From an uncultured virus (IMG/VR IMGVR_UViG_3300001680_000191) (lineage: Duplodnaviria; Heunggongvirae; Uroviricota; Caudoviricetes), in IMG/VR virus record IMGVR_UViG_3300001680_000191, positions 53,631 to 73,630 of that record: 20,000 nt of DNA; one strand, 5' to 3'. Positions 7,048 through 13,983 of the stretch are shown here, one piece after another (within the stretch, counting starts at the first letter, position 1; the number at the start of each line of letters is the position of its first letter). Under the pieces are notes generated by a model, which worked only from the letters and a program-made list of their open reading frames with translations, made no database searches and was not told the origin of the DNA. Both the position numbers and the translations under genes were made by a program.

Positions 7048-7392
7048 ATGCAAGTAAATGAGTTTTTTAATACAGTTGGTTCCAACAGGAACCGACAGGT
7101 TGTGTGTGCTGATGGGTTCACCATGAGTGTGCAAGCGTTCGATGGTGGGTACTGCACACCGCGCATCAACGACGCAGACAAGTATGAAGAAGTTGAGGTA
7201 GGCTACCCGAGCGAGCGCGAGGAACTACTGATGAACTGGGCAGAAGAACCCGACAAGCCGACACAAACGGTTTACGGATACGTGCCGGTTCAAGTGGTGA
7301 CGAATGTGCTGGCAAAGCACGGCGGCATTGTTGACGGCGAGATCCCCAAGGGTGTTGCCCCAATCCCAGCAAACTTTATGGTTGACGAATAG
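7048..7392 (+). CDS. Hypothetical phage protein (114 aa)
   Basis: AAGGAG SD before ATG 7048; CADGFTMSVQA...YCTPR...VEVGYPS motif, function unknown. Confidence 0.85.
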   Translation: MQVNEFFNTVGSNRNRQVVCADGFTMSVQAFDGGYCTPRINDADKYEEVEVGYPSEREELLMNWAEEPDKPTQTVYGYVPVQVVTNVLAKHGGIVDGEIPKGVAPIPANFMVDE

Positions 7393-7436
7393 TTGACAAC
7401 TTAGGCGTTGACAGTGGCGCTATGCTTTGCTATATT
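7382..7436 (+). promoter_or_regulatory. Sigma70-type promoter with two upstream boxes
   Basis: TTGAC 7382, 7393; TTGACA 7408-N17-TATATT 7431; conserved leader. Confidence 0.85.
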
Positions 7437-7459
7437 ATAGGTATAGAAAGGAAAAAACT

Positions 7460-7669
7460 ATGACCGAGCAACGACACCCAATCCACGCCGTAGGATCTTT
7501 GGTGCGGCACAAGAACCTTCCTGACAACCCTCTTGCGCTTGTTATAGACCATGCGCCTTGTTCAGATGGTAGCGGGATCATCGTCAGAGTGCTAAAGCCA
7601 TCAAGGGGCAATCCAAGCGGTGAGTTTGTCACAGTATCTATCAGATGGGAACTTGTTTCTTCGTCCTGA
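7460..7669 (+). CDS. SH3-like micro-protein (69 aa)
   Basis: AAAGGA SD, ATG 7460; AVGSLVRH...ALVID...VRVL...WELVS. Confidence 0.8.
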   Translation: MTEQRHPIHAVGSLVRHKNLPDNPLALVIDHAPCSDGSGIIVRVLKPSRGNPSGEFVTVSIRWELVSSS

Positions 7670-7719
7670 CATTCACTTGACAAGAAATGGCTTGCACTAA
7701 TAGCCATCCCGGTTATATT
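7666..7719 (+). promoter_or_regulatory. Sigma70-type promoter with two upstream boxes
   Basis: CTGAC 7666, TTGAC 7677; TTGCAC 7692-N16-TATATT 7714. Confidence 0.75.
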
Positions 7720-7738
7720 ATAAGAGTAAGGAGAAAAT

Positions 7739-8140
7739 ATGGGTTATCGTTCCGAAGTTGTTTTGTATGTGGGTCCAGAAGTGATGCCACAGTTTATGGT
7801 CGCGATGGCCAAGTCCCAAGCCGCCCGAGAGTTGTGCTTTGGCGATGCCGATCAGATGGTCAAAGATTATGGTGACGTTAAAGGTTCGTTCCTATTTAAG
7901 TGGGGATGGCTCAAATGGTACGATAGCTTCCCTTGTGTGAACGCCATCGAGGACTTTATGGATTGGTGCGACGGCGAGAAAGTTCCCACAGGCGAGAAAG
8001 ACGAGGAAGGGAAAGATAAGACAGACCACGCCACCGAGTTTTTCAAGTTTATTCGCATTGGCGCAGAAATGGATGACAATGAGCAGCGAGGCGATGCGTT
8101 TTGGGGTGACATTTATATCAACCGGAGCATTGAGTTTTAA
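7739..8140 (+). CDS. Hypothetical phage protein (133 aa)
   Basis: TAAGGAG SD; MGYRSEV...WLKWYD...FIRIG. Confidence 0.85.
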   Translation: MGYRSEVVLYVGPEVMPQFMVAMAKSQAARELCFGDADQMVKDYGDVKGSFLFKWGWLKWYDSFPCVNAIEDFMDWCDGEKVPTGEKDEEGKDKTDHATEFFKFIRIGAEMDDNEQRGDAFWGDIYINRSIEF

Positions 8141-8151
8141 GTTTGAGGAAA

Positions 8152-8227
8152 GGGACCATAGCTCAACTGGCAGAGCAAAAGGCTTTTAACCTTTAGGTTC
8201 TGGGTTCGATTCCCAGTGGTCCCACCA
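8152..8227 (+). tRNA. tRNA-Lys(TTT)
   Basis: Acceptor GGGACCA/TGGTCCC, anticodon arm AAAGG-CTTTTAA-CCTTT, GGTTCGA, CCA. Confidence 0.95.
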
Positions 8228-8234
8228 TTATCAC

Positions 8235-8311
8235 AGGCTCTTAGCTCAGTTGGTCAGAGCATTCCGCTCATAACGGATCGGTCGTCGGTTCAAGTCCGAC
8301 AGAGCCTACCA
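8235..8311 (+). tRNA. tRNA with CAT anticodon, probably tRNA-Ile2 (otherwise elongator Met)
   Basis: Acceptor AGGCTCT/AGAGCCT, loop CTCATAA, GGTTCAA, CCA; paired 1:72 and no GGG/CCC anticodon stem, so not initiator. Confidence 0.9.
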
Positions 8312-8331
8312 CTTTTATAATAGGAGAGAAA

Positions 8332-8535
8332 ATGATTTACACAGTCATTTATGAAGAAGAAAACACAGGAAATATGGGGACTTTTACTTTCGCGGCTCAG
8401 AGGCATGACAAAAACTATGCATGGGCTGAGTTTGTTGAAAAGTATGCAGAGAAAGGGCAAGAACCGATTGCTATAATGCCCGGTCAAAGCCTCGTATATT
8501 TTATACCTGACATTTCGTTTGCAAACGTGGCTTGA
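8332..8535 (+). CDS. Hypothetical protein (67 aa)
   Basis: AGGAG SD; stop lies in the -35 of the next promoter. Confidence 0.8.
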   Translation: MIYTVIYEEENTGNMGTFTFAAQRHDKNYAWAEFVEKYAEKGQEPIAIMPGQSLVYFIPDISFANVA

Positions 8536-8560
8536 CTTCGACAAGCGCCTGAGTTATAAT
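8532..8560 (+). promoter_or_regulatory. Sigma70-type promoter for tRNA-Arg
   Basis: TTGACT-N17-TATAAT directly before the tRNA; no upstream box pair. Confidence 0.85.
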
Positions 8561-8568
8561 ATAGTTAT

Positions 8569-8645
8569 GCTTCGGTAGCTCAGCTGGATAGAGCATCGGC
8601 CTTCTAAGCCGAGGGTCATAGGTTCAAGTCCTATCCGAAGTGCCA
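8569..8645 (+). tRNA. tRNA-Arg(TCT)
   Basis: Acceptor GCTTCGG/CCGAAGT, anticodon arm TCGGC-CTTCTAA-GCCGA, GGTTCAA, CCA. Confidence 0.95.
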
Positions 8646-8670
8646 CTCACAAACAACAAAAGGAAACAAA

Positions 8671-8895
8671 ATGTCGTATCACGATGGCTATATTAAACCA
8701 GGCTCCACAGGTATATCCGTGGTCAATCCTCTCCATGAGGTGCAGCTTAAACTCGATAAGATCACACAGTTGGTCAGTGAGTCGTCTACCGCTGAACATG
8801 AAGATGCCGGCGTTATTAGTATCGAGCACCTTAGAATGATACTGACACTTCAAAACATTCTCGACGGCACCGACGACGAGAAAGATGTAAAGTAA
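8671..8895 (+). CDS. Hypothetical protein (74 aa)
   Basis: AAGGA SD before ATG. Confidence 0.7.
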   Translation: MSYHDGYIKPGSTGISVVNPLHEVQLKLDKITQLVSESSTAEHEDAGVISIEHLRMILTLQNILDGTDDEKDVK

Positions 8896-8907
8896 ATGTT
8901 AGTCCCC

Positions 8908-8936
8908 TTGACGCGCCCCCACATAGGGGTTATATT
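8908..8936 (+). promoter_or_regulatory. Sigma70-type promoter
   Basis: TTGACG-N17-TATATT; no clear upstream boxes. Confidence 0.75.
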
Positions 8937-9019
8937 TATAGAGTAGGGCAAGATCCCGCGATTTTTTCTCGCCATTTTTTCTTACCAAAAATCTCTTTTC
9001 CCAACGCACAGAAAGCACA

Positions 9020-9304
9020 ATGAAAATGACACTCGTAGTAGACACGGACGACCCGAAAGGGATTGATCACGCATGGGAAATGATTGCCATTCTTCAAAAG
9101 AAGGCTGGTCGGAACCCAACTGCGATTCGGTATACTAAAGAGTTTGGAAAGATTGAATACATTAAGTCCCTCCGCAAGTACGTGCGCGAACAGGCAGATG
9201 CACTTAAAGATGCCGACGACGATACCGTGGGTGATATTAAGGACATGCAGAGCCTTCGCAATACCAAGCAGTTTGCTGACCGTATTTTCAATGGTGAAAA
9301 ATGA
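9020..9304 (+). CDS. Hypothetical protein (94 aa)
   Basis: ORF ends in ATGA overlap with next micro-gene; weak SD. Confidence 0.7.
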   Translation: MKMTLVVDTDDPKGIDHAWEMIAILQKKAGRNPTAIRYTKEFGKIEYIKSLRKYVREQADALKDADDDTVGDIKDMQSLRNTKQFADRIFNGEK

Positions 9305-9480
9305 AAGTTGGTGATCTGGTGACATTTGAGTTTAACCCTGATAACATCGCGTCGTTGGGTATCGTTACTTGTATCGATCCCGAAGAAATCGGTGATGCAA
9401 ATGAAGTCGAAGTTTTATGGAACGATGGCGATTCACGGAACCACTCAACAATCCATCTGGAGCTATTAAGTGAAGGTTAA
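9301..9480 (+). CDS. MKVGDLV-family micro-protein (59 aa), paralog of 4531..4701
   Basis: Hand translation MKVGDLVTF...GIVTCIDPEEIGDANEVEVLWNDGD...LELLSEG. Confidence 0.88.
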   Translation: MKVGDLVTFEFNPDNIASLGIVTCIDPEEIGDANEVEVLWNDGDSRNHSTIHLELLSEG

Positions 9481-9658
9481 AGTTGGCGATCTGGTGAGAA
9501 TGAAGGACACTATGTATGATAGTGATCTTGTCGGCATCGTTGTTGACAGGGACCATCATCCTAACTCTACCCAAATAGGTATAAAATGGTTTGGAGGTTC
9601 AGGCAAAGTTGACTGGGAGCCCGAGCCATGGTTGGAGGTTGTCAGTGAAAGTCGGTGA
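9470..9658 (+). CDS. MKVGDLV-family micro-protein (62 aa)
   Basis: MKVKVGDLVRM...GIVV...IKWFGG...LEVVSESR. Confidence 0.88.
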   Translation: MKVKVGDLVRMKDTMYDSDLVGIVVDRDHHPNSTQIGIKWFGGSGKVDWEPEPWLEVVSESR

Positions 9659-9794
9659 TCTGGTGTTTGATAGATACCATAAAAAATACAGCATCGTTGT
9701 GGATGTGTGGGGCAGCAAGAAAACGGGGAGGTTCGTTAAACTTAACCAGGGATACAAAGTATCTGCCGAATATATGAGGGTTGTTAGTTCTTAA
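9645..9794 (+). CDS. MKVGDLV-family micro-protein (49 aa)
   Basis: GGAGG SD, GTG 9645 MKVGDLVFD...MRVVSS. Confidence 0.85.
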   Translation: MKVGDLVFDRYHKKYSIVVDVWGSKKTGRFVKLNQGYKVSAEYMRVVSS

Positions 9795-9844
9795 CAATCT
9801 CTTGACGGGAAAAACTTGCGTTAACCGCTGCGCGGTGTTATAAT
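9791..9844 (+). promoter_or_regulatory. Sigma70-type promoter with two upstream boxes
   Basis: TTAAC 9791, TTGAC 9802; TTGCGT 9816-N17-TATAAT 9839. Confidence 0.75.
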
Positions 9845-9850
9845 ATATAT

Positions 9851-10036
9851 ATGAAAGTTGGTGATCTGGTAAAACTCAAACATCAAGGTAATGGCCACCC
9901 ACGTATCGGTATCGTTAAAAGCGTGTCGGTGCGTTCTCTTGAAGAAAGGGTATGCACGTGTATGTGGGATAAGCCATTGTGGGATTACGTTCAGTATAAT
10001 GAAGGCGAGTTGGAGGTTGTTAGTGAAAGTAGGTGA
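9851..10036 (+). CDS. MKVGDLV-family micro-protein (61 aa), probably leaderless
   Basis: MKVGDLVKLKHQGNGHPRIGIV...LEVVSESR; ATG 7 nt after -10, no SD. Confidence 0.88.
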   Translation: MKVGDLVKLKHQGNGHPRIGIVKSVSVRSLEERVCTCMWDKPLWDYVQYNEGELEVVSESR

Positions 10037-10190
10037 TCTGGTGAGATACAAAGGCATTTTAGGCATTGTTACTGCGCCTTGCATAAAGCGATGGGCTAAA
10101 TCTGGTGATGTGTGGGTGCTGTGGAACAACAGGAGCAAGCCCATCGTGGAGTGCAGCGGCTTTATGGAGTTGGTAAATGCAAGTCGGTGA
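10023..10190 (+). CDS. MKVGDLV-family micro-protein (55 aa)
   Basis: GGAGG SD, GTG 10023 MKVGDLVRYKGILGIV...VLWNN...MELVNASR. Confidence 0.88.
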   Translation: MKVGDLVRYKGILGIVTAPCIKRWAKSGDVWVLWNNRSKPIVECSGFMELVNASR

Positions 10191-10359
10191 CTTAGTTAAA
10201 CATTTTCTGACCGAGCAGATCGGCGTCATAGTTTTTATCTCGCAACATAACGGGCTTCCGATCCGTGTGCTGTGGACAACGCAGGGCGATTCCCTGTTCG
10301 GTCCCGGCAACAAAGAATGGTGTGGAGAGAATCAGTTGGATCTCTTGACAACTGCTTGA
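10177..10359 (+). CDS. MKVGDLV-family micro-protein (60 aa)
   Basis: MQVGDLVKH...GVIV...VLW...LDLL. Confidence 0.88.
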   Translation: MQVGDLVKHFLTEQIGVIVFISQHNGLPIRVLWTTQGDSLFGPGNKEWCGENQLDLLTTA

Positions 10360-10399
10360 CAGCATTTACCTTGACCGAAAGGGGTTTGGGGGTTATATT
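10345..10399 (+). promoter_or_regulatory. Sigma70-type promoter with two upstream boxes
   Basis: TTGAC 10345, 10356; TTGACC 10371-N17-TATATT 10394. Confidence 0.85.
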
Positions 10400-10422
10400 T
10401 ATAGGGTAAGGAGAAGAAATCA

Positions 10423-11232
10423 ATGGCTCGCGTAACTCTCGGTGATCGACTTGAAGTGCTGGCATCCAGCCCACACCTTTCTAACCGGGATCGTGTGTTC
10501 GCTGCGTCCCTGCTCGCCCACTATCAAAAGCGCCGATCACTTACATCGGGTCGCCGCGTGTGGGTTGATCGTCTGGAAGCCATGGCCGAGGAAATCAAGA
10601 ACCGCGATCCGAGCGAGTACGAATCCCTTGTTATTGAGATTGAAGATATGATGACTCGCGTTGAGTCTGATGGGTGGTCTGCTGATTTTCTGGCAAGTAT
10701 CCGCGATCAAGCCAAGCGTGTCGGCGCTCGACTGAGCACCCGTCAACAGGAAATCTTTGACAAGATCAAGAGCGAGAACACGCCCGAAATGGTGGAGCGT
10801 CGTGGTCGCTGGGCGCAGGAATACCGCACCCACCACCTTGAAACCGCTACCGTCCTCGCCAACTACTATTTGCAGACCGGATACTGGACGCATATGGCTC
10901 GCGATATTATCGAGCATGATGACTACGTGCCACCAATGGACAAGTTTCAAAAGATGAGCCAAAACAAGTTTGCCGCAAAGGTGCTGGCTGCATGGCGAGC
11001 AGACCCGAAGTATCCCGTGGGAACGTCGGTGATTGAACGTCGCAATCAACCGCATCGTCTACAAAAGGGTGGAATGGTCCTCTCGACCACTGAGCCCATC
11101 GTTAATGCGGCTGCGGGCTCCAAGCGTTATCTTGTTCTCCCCTACGGTAGCACCGTGCCCGTAAGCGTCGAAGAAAGGTGCGTTAAACTTTTCCGGGGCC
11201 GCGGCAGGGCCAAAAGCCCGGCCAAAATATAA
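10423..11232 (+). CDS. Hypothetical protein (269 aa), paralog of 630..1268
   Basis: TAAGGAG SD; motif-level alignment with 630..1268 over ~200 aa. Confidence 0.9.
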   Translation: MARVTLGDRLEVLASSPHLSNRDRVFAASLLAHYQKRRSLTSGRRVWVDRLEAMAEEIKNRDPSEYESLVIEIEDMMTRVESDGWSADFLASIRDQAKRVGARLSTRQQEIFDKIKSENTPEMVERRGRWAQEYRTHHLETATVLANYYLQTGYWTHMARDIIEHDDYVPPMDKFQKMSQNKFAAKVLAAWRADPKYPVGTSVIERRNQPHRLQKGGMVLSTTEPIVNAAAGSKRYLVLPYGSTVPVSVEERCVKLFRGRGRAKSPAKI

Positions 11233-11240
11233 GTCAACCC

Positions 11241-11295
11241 TTGACAATCACCTAACAACTCAATACTTGACAAACACCCCATCCGGTGCTATATT
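11241..11295 (+). promoter_or_regulatory. Sigma70-type promoter with two upstream boxes
   Basis: TTGAC 11241, CTAAC 11252; TTGACA 11267-N17-TATATT 11290; conserved leader. Confidence 0.85.
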
Positions 11296-11319
11296 ATAGG
11301 TATAGAAAGGAAAAACATT

Positions 11320-12189
11320 ATGTCATGGTCTGGAACCGTAACCTGCTCTCACTGCTACACAACAGGACACAACAGGCGCAAATGCCCTGACTATACTGCG
11401 ATGGTGCTGCGTCGTTATAAGGACAATCTGGGCTATGCAGAGGACAAAGACGGCGACATCGATCACTACACCCGCACTGCCGAGCGGTATCGCCTTGAAT
11501 ACATGAAGCGCACCAAGATCGATCCCGCCACTGGCGAGAAGGTGAAGAACAAGACTGCGAAAGCCGAGCGCATGAAGAAGGTAACCTGTGGTTACTGCCA
11601 AGAGACAGGACACACCCGCCGTATCTGTGAAGTTGTGAAGCGCGATAAGCTGGTATTCATCGAGGAATCGCGCCGCGTCCGTGTTGGTGTGCTGGCAGAT
11701 GCCCGCGAGACTGGGATCGGTGTGGGCTCAATGATCCCTATCCGCACACACGGTTATAATAGCTCTGGTGAGTGGGGAACACACACATCGCTGCGCTACG
11801 TTAAAAGTGTAGACTGGTACACAGTTACCTCCGGCAGCGCCGGTCTGTGGGTTCATCACATCGTGGCAAGCAAGTTAGCATCGGCTAACCAAAGTCGCTG
11901 GACTTCTCGCGACAAGATCGTGAAGATGCAGGAAAACTTTAAGGAAGCATGTAACTATGCGGAAGGCATGAGCCAATCCGAGCCTACTGCTTCGCTCATC
12001 CCATCGCTTGATCCGCCTGATGGCTGGCTGGACTGCGCGCCGTCTACCATCGACGTTGCCTCTGCCTTCCCTACCACGGGTAACAGGCACAACAAGCAAC
12101 GTGGCCACAGCTATGCATGGCCGAGTGGCGTGACGGCGGAAGTGATCCGCGATCTCGGACTTGAAGAACACTGGGAAGGTCGTTTTTAG
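11320..12189 (+). CDS. Protein with two CCHC zinc knuckles (289 aa)
   Basis: CSHCYTTGHNRRKC and CGYCQETGHTRRIC both match CX2CX4HX4C. Confidence 0.88.
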   Translation: MSWSGTVTCSHCYTTGHNRRKCPDYTAMVLRRYKDNLGYAEDKDGDIDHYTRTAERYRLEYMKRTKIDPATGEKVKNKTAKAERMKKVTCGYCQETGHTRRICEVVKRDKLVFIEESRRVRVGVLADARETGIGVGSMIPIRTHGYNSSGEWGTHTSLRYVKSVDWYTVTSGSAGLWVHHIVASKLASANQSRWTSRDKIVKMQENFKEACNYAEGMSQSEPTASLIPSLDPPDGWLDCAPSTIDVASAFPTTGNRHNKQRGHSYAWPSGVTAEVIRDLGLEEHWEGRF

Positions 12190-12191
12190 AC

Positions 12192-12246
12192 TTAACATTC
12201 CCTTGACAGCCCTCGCCTTGACTTATGGGCAAAAGGTGGTTATATT
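12192..12246 (+). promoter_or_regulatory. Sigma70-type promoter with two upstream boxes (first of tandem pair)
   Basis: TTAAC 12192, TTGAC 12203; TTGACT 12218-N17-TATATT 12241. Confidence 0.8.
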
Positions 12247-12295
12247 ATAAGGGTAGGAAAGAGAAAGAAAAGTTGTCATCCGATAACAAAAACCT

Positions 12296-12350
12296 CTGAC
12301 ATTTACCTGACACCAAAATACTTGACGTAAAGACCTTACTGTGTTATATT
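12296..12350 (+). promoter_or_regulatory. Sigma70-type promoter with two upstream boxes (second of tandem pair)
   Basis: CTGAC 12296, CTGAC 12307; TTGACG 12322-N17-TATATT 12345. Confidence 0.8.
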
Positions 12351-12400
12351 TATAGAGTAAGGCAAAGAAACAACAACCCTCCCAACTTGGAGCAAACATC

Positions 12401-13486
12401 ATGGCTATCGACTTCGCAACATTTCTCGCTGTCGCCCCTCACGTACTCAACTCACGGCTTCCCGTGCTTATCCGTGGTCGCCACGGTGTCGGCAAGTCCG
12501 AAGTGGTCTACCAGATCGCAGAGACTCGCGAGCTTCCGATTGTGGAGCGCCGCGCATCGCAGATGACCGAGGGTGATCTTTTGGGTCTGCCCGATACGGC
12601 GGATACCGCGATCAATGGTCGCAAATGTACCACGTGGAACGCCCCTGATTGGCTTGTAACAGCCTGTGAGCAGCCCGTGTTGCTGTTCTTGGACGAGGTT
12701 GACCGTGCGACTCAAGAGGTCCGTCAAGGGCTGTTTGAGTTGACTGATAGCCGCAAGATCAACGGTTGGCATCTGCACCCTGAGACTCTGATCGTCGCTG
12801 CCGTCAATGGTGGCGAGCATGGCGCGCAGTACCAAGTCGGTGAAATGGACCCGGCAGAACTTGACCGTTGGACCGTGTTCGATGTTGAACCTTCAACCGA
12901 AGATTGGCTCAAGTGGGCAAATGGCCGGATTCCCTCCGTTGTGTGGGACTTCATTAACCATAACCGGAAGCATCTGGAGCATGAGGGTGATTTTGAGCCT
13001 AACAAGGTTTATCCTTCTCGCCGCTCATGGGCGCGTTATAGCGATACCGCTGCGTCCGTTGGCGTGTTCGATGAGGATGGCGATCGCGATATGCTGTTCA
13101 ACCTTGCGACTGCGTTCCTTGGTTTTGAGGCGGCTGTGTCCCTTCGTGACTTTGTTGAAAAGTACGAATGGCAAGTAACCATCGAGGATATTCTTGATGC
13201 CGGCGATCTCTCCAAGTGTGAGAAGTGGGGTATCAATGACCACGCTGCCATGATTGAGAAGTTTGAGGCATCCGGTGTATTCAAGGAAGATCTGGCCGAG
13301 AGCCAGATCACCAACCTCGCAGAATACTTTGTTGCTCTGCCCTCCGAGGTAGCTATGAAGTTGTGGACCGTTCTCGGTGACACCGACAACATTAACAACG
13401 TCGTTGCTCTGCACAAGGCTGAGACTTCTGATGGCAAGCGAGTGAGTGATCACCTTGTTGAGATCCTTGGTGGGGGAGATGCATAG
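12401..13486 (+). CDS. MoxR/dynein-related AAA+ ATPase (361 aa)
   Basis: Walker A GRHGVGKS, Walker B LLFLDE, sensor AAVN, arginine finger DPAELDRW, PSRRSW; VWA partner nearby. Confidence 0.92.
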   Translation: MAIDFATFLAVAPHVLNSRLPVLIRGRHGVGKSEVVYQIAETRELPIVERRASQMTEGDLLGLPDTADTAINGRKCTTWNAPDWLVTACEQPVLLFLDEVDRATQEVRQGLFELTDSRKINGWHLHPETLIVAAVNGGEHGAQYQVGEMDPAELDRWTVFDVEPSTEDWLKWANGRIPSVVWDFINHNRKHLEHEGDFEPNKVYPSRRSWARYSDTAASVGVFDEDGDRDMLFNLATAFLGFEAAVSLRDFVEKYEWQVTIEDILDAGDLSKCEKWGINDHAAMIEKFEASGVFKEDLAESQITNLAEYFVALPSEVAMKLWTVLGDTDNINNVVALHKAETSDGKRVSDHLVEILGGGDA

Positions 13487-13724
13487 TAGCGTAAGGCGAC
13501 CGCCCCTCCGCGCTCCGATGATTGGCGACATTGTTCGCCTCTCCGGTCCCGGCGGAATGGGACGCCAGTATAAGAGGGTTCACGGTCTTGGGATCGTGGT
13601 TCTCATAGCTAAACCAGAAGATCGCCGAATCGAGTACGAGGTAAAGTGGCTCAAGAGTGATGAGCGCATGCGATTTAACGAAGAAGACCTGATCATAATA
13701 TCCGATGTGGACCGACAAACTTAA
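13479..13724 (+). CDS. SH3-like micro-protein (81 aa; start may be later)
   Basis: PMIGDIVRL...LGIVV...YEVKWL...EEDLIII. Confidence 0.8.
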   Translation: MHSSVRRPPLRAPMIGDIVRLSGPGGMGRQYKRVHGLGIVVLIAKPEDRRIEYEVKWLKSDERMRFNEEDLIIISDVDRQT

Positions 13725-13908
13725 AATAGGCGACCTTGTATGGTCGAAACGCGACGATAAGCCCGCCCTGATCCTTGACCGCGAGGAAACAGCGCGTGTC
13801 AAATATGGTGATCTTGTCAACAAAAGGATGAGGTTCAAACTACATATTGATGGTGAGCAGGGATGGCTCGATGAGATCAAACTTCGAGCGATGTATAAAC
13901 TTCCCTGA
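13705..13908 (+). CDS. MKVGDLV-family micro-protein (67 aa)
   Basis: LKIGDLVW...ALIL...LHIDGEQGW. Confidence 0.8.
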   Translation: MWTDKLKIGDLVWSKRDDKPALILDREETARVKYGDLVNKRMRFKLHIDGEQGWLDEIKLRAMYKLP

Positions 13909-13959
13909 CATTCACTTGACAACATTTACCTTGACGTTTGCCCTTTTGGGTGCTATATT
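13905..13959 (+). promoter_or_regulatory. Sigma70-type promoter with two upstream boxes
   Basis: CTGAC 13905, TTGAC 13916; TTGACG 13931-N17-TATATT 13954; conserved leader. Confidence 0.85.
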
Positions 13960-13983
13960 ATAGGTATAGAAAGGAAAAAGAAC

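Larger units (their letters stand above)
9301..10359 (+). repeat. Array of 6 micro-genes with junction repeats, interrupted by one promoter
   Basis: Starts at 9301, 9470, 9645, 9851, 10023, 10177. Confidence 0.85.

Noticed and set aside
6090..7459. Track ORFs starting MLYYRY (6090, 7427) and other N-terminal extensions (3622, 4976, 5791, 6525, 9591, 9891, 16441, 17118)
   Set aside because: The extensions translate promoter DNA or another gene's frame. Better-supported starts lie downstream at the family motif or after the SD.
8235..8311. Initiator tRNA-fMet
   Set aside because: Positions 1:72 are paired (A-T) and the anticodon stem lacks the three consecutive G-C pairs.
11192..11232. GC-rich stem as an intrinsic terminator
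   Set aside because: It lies within the coding end of the gene, the stem is short and no U-tract follows.
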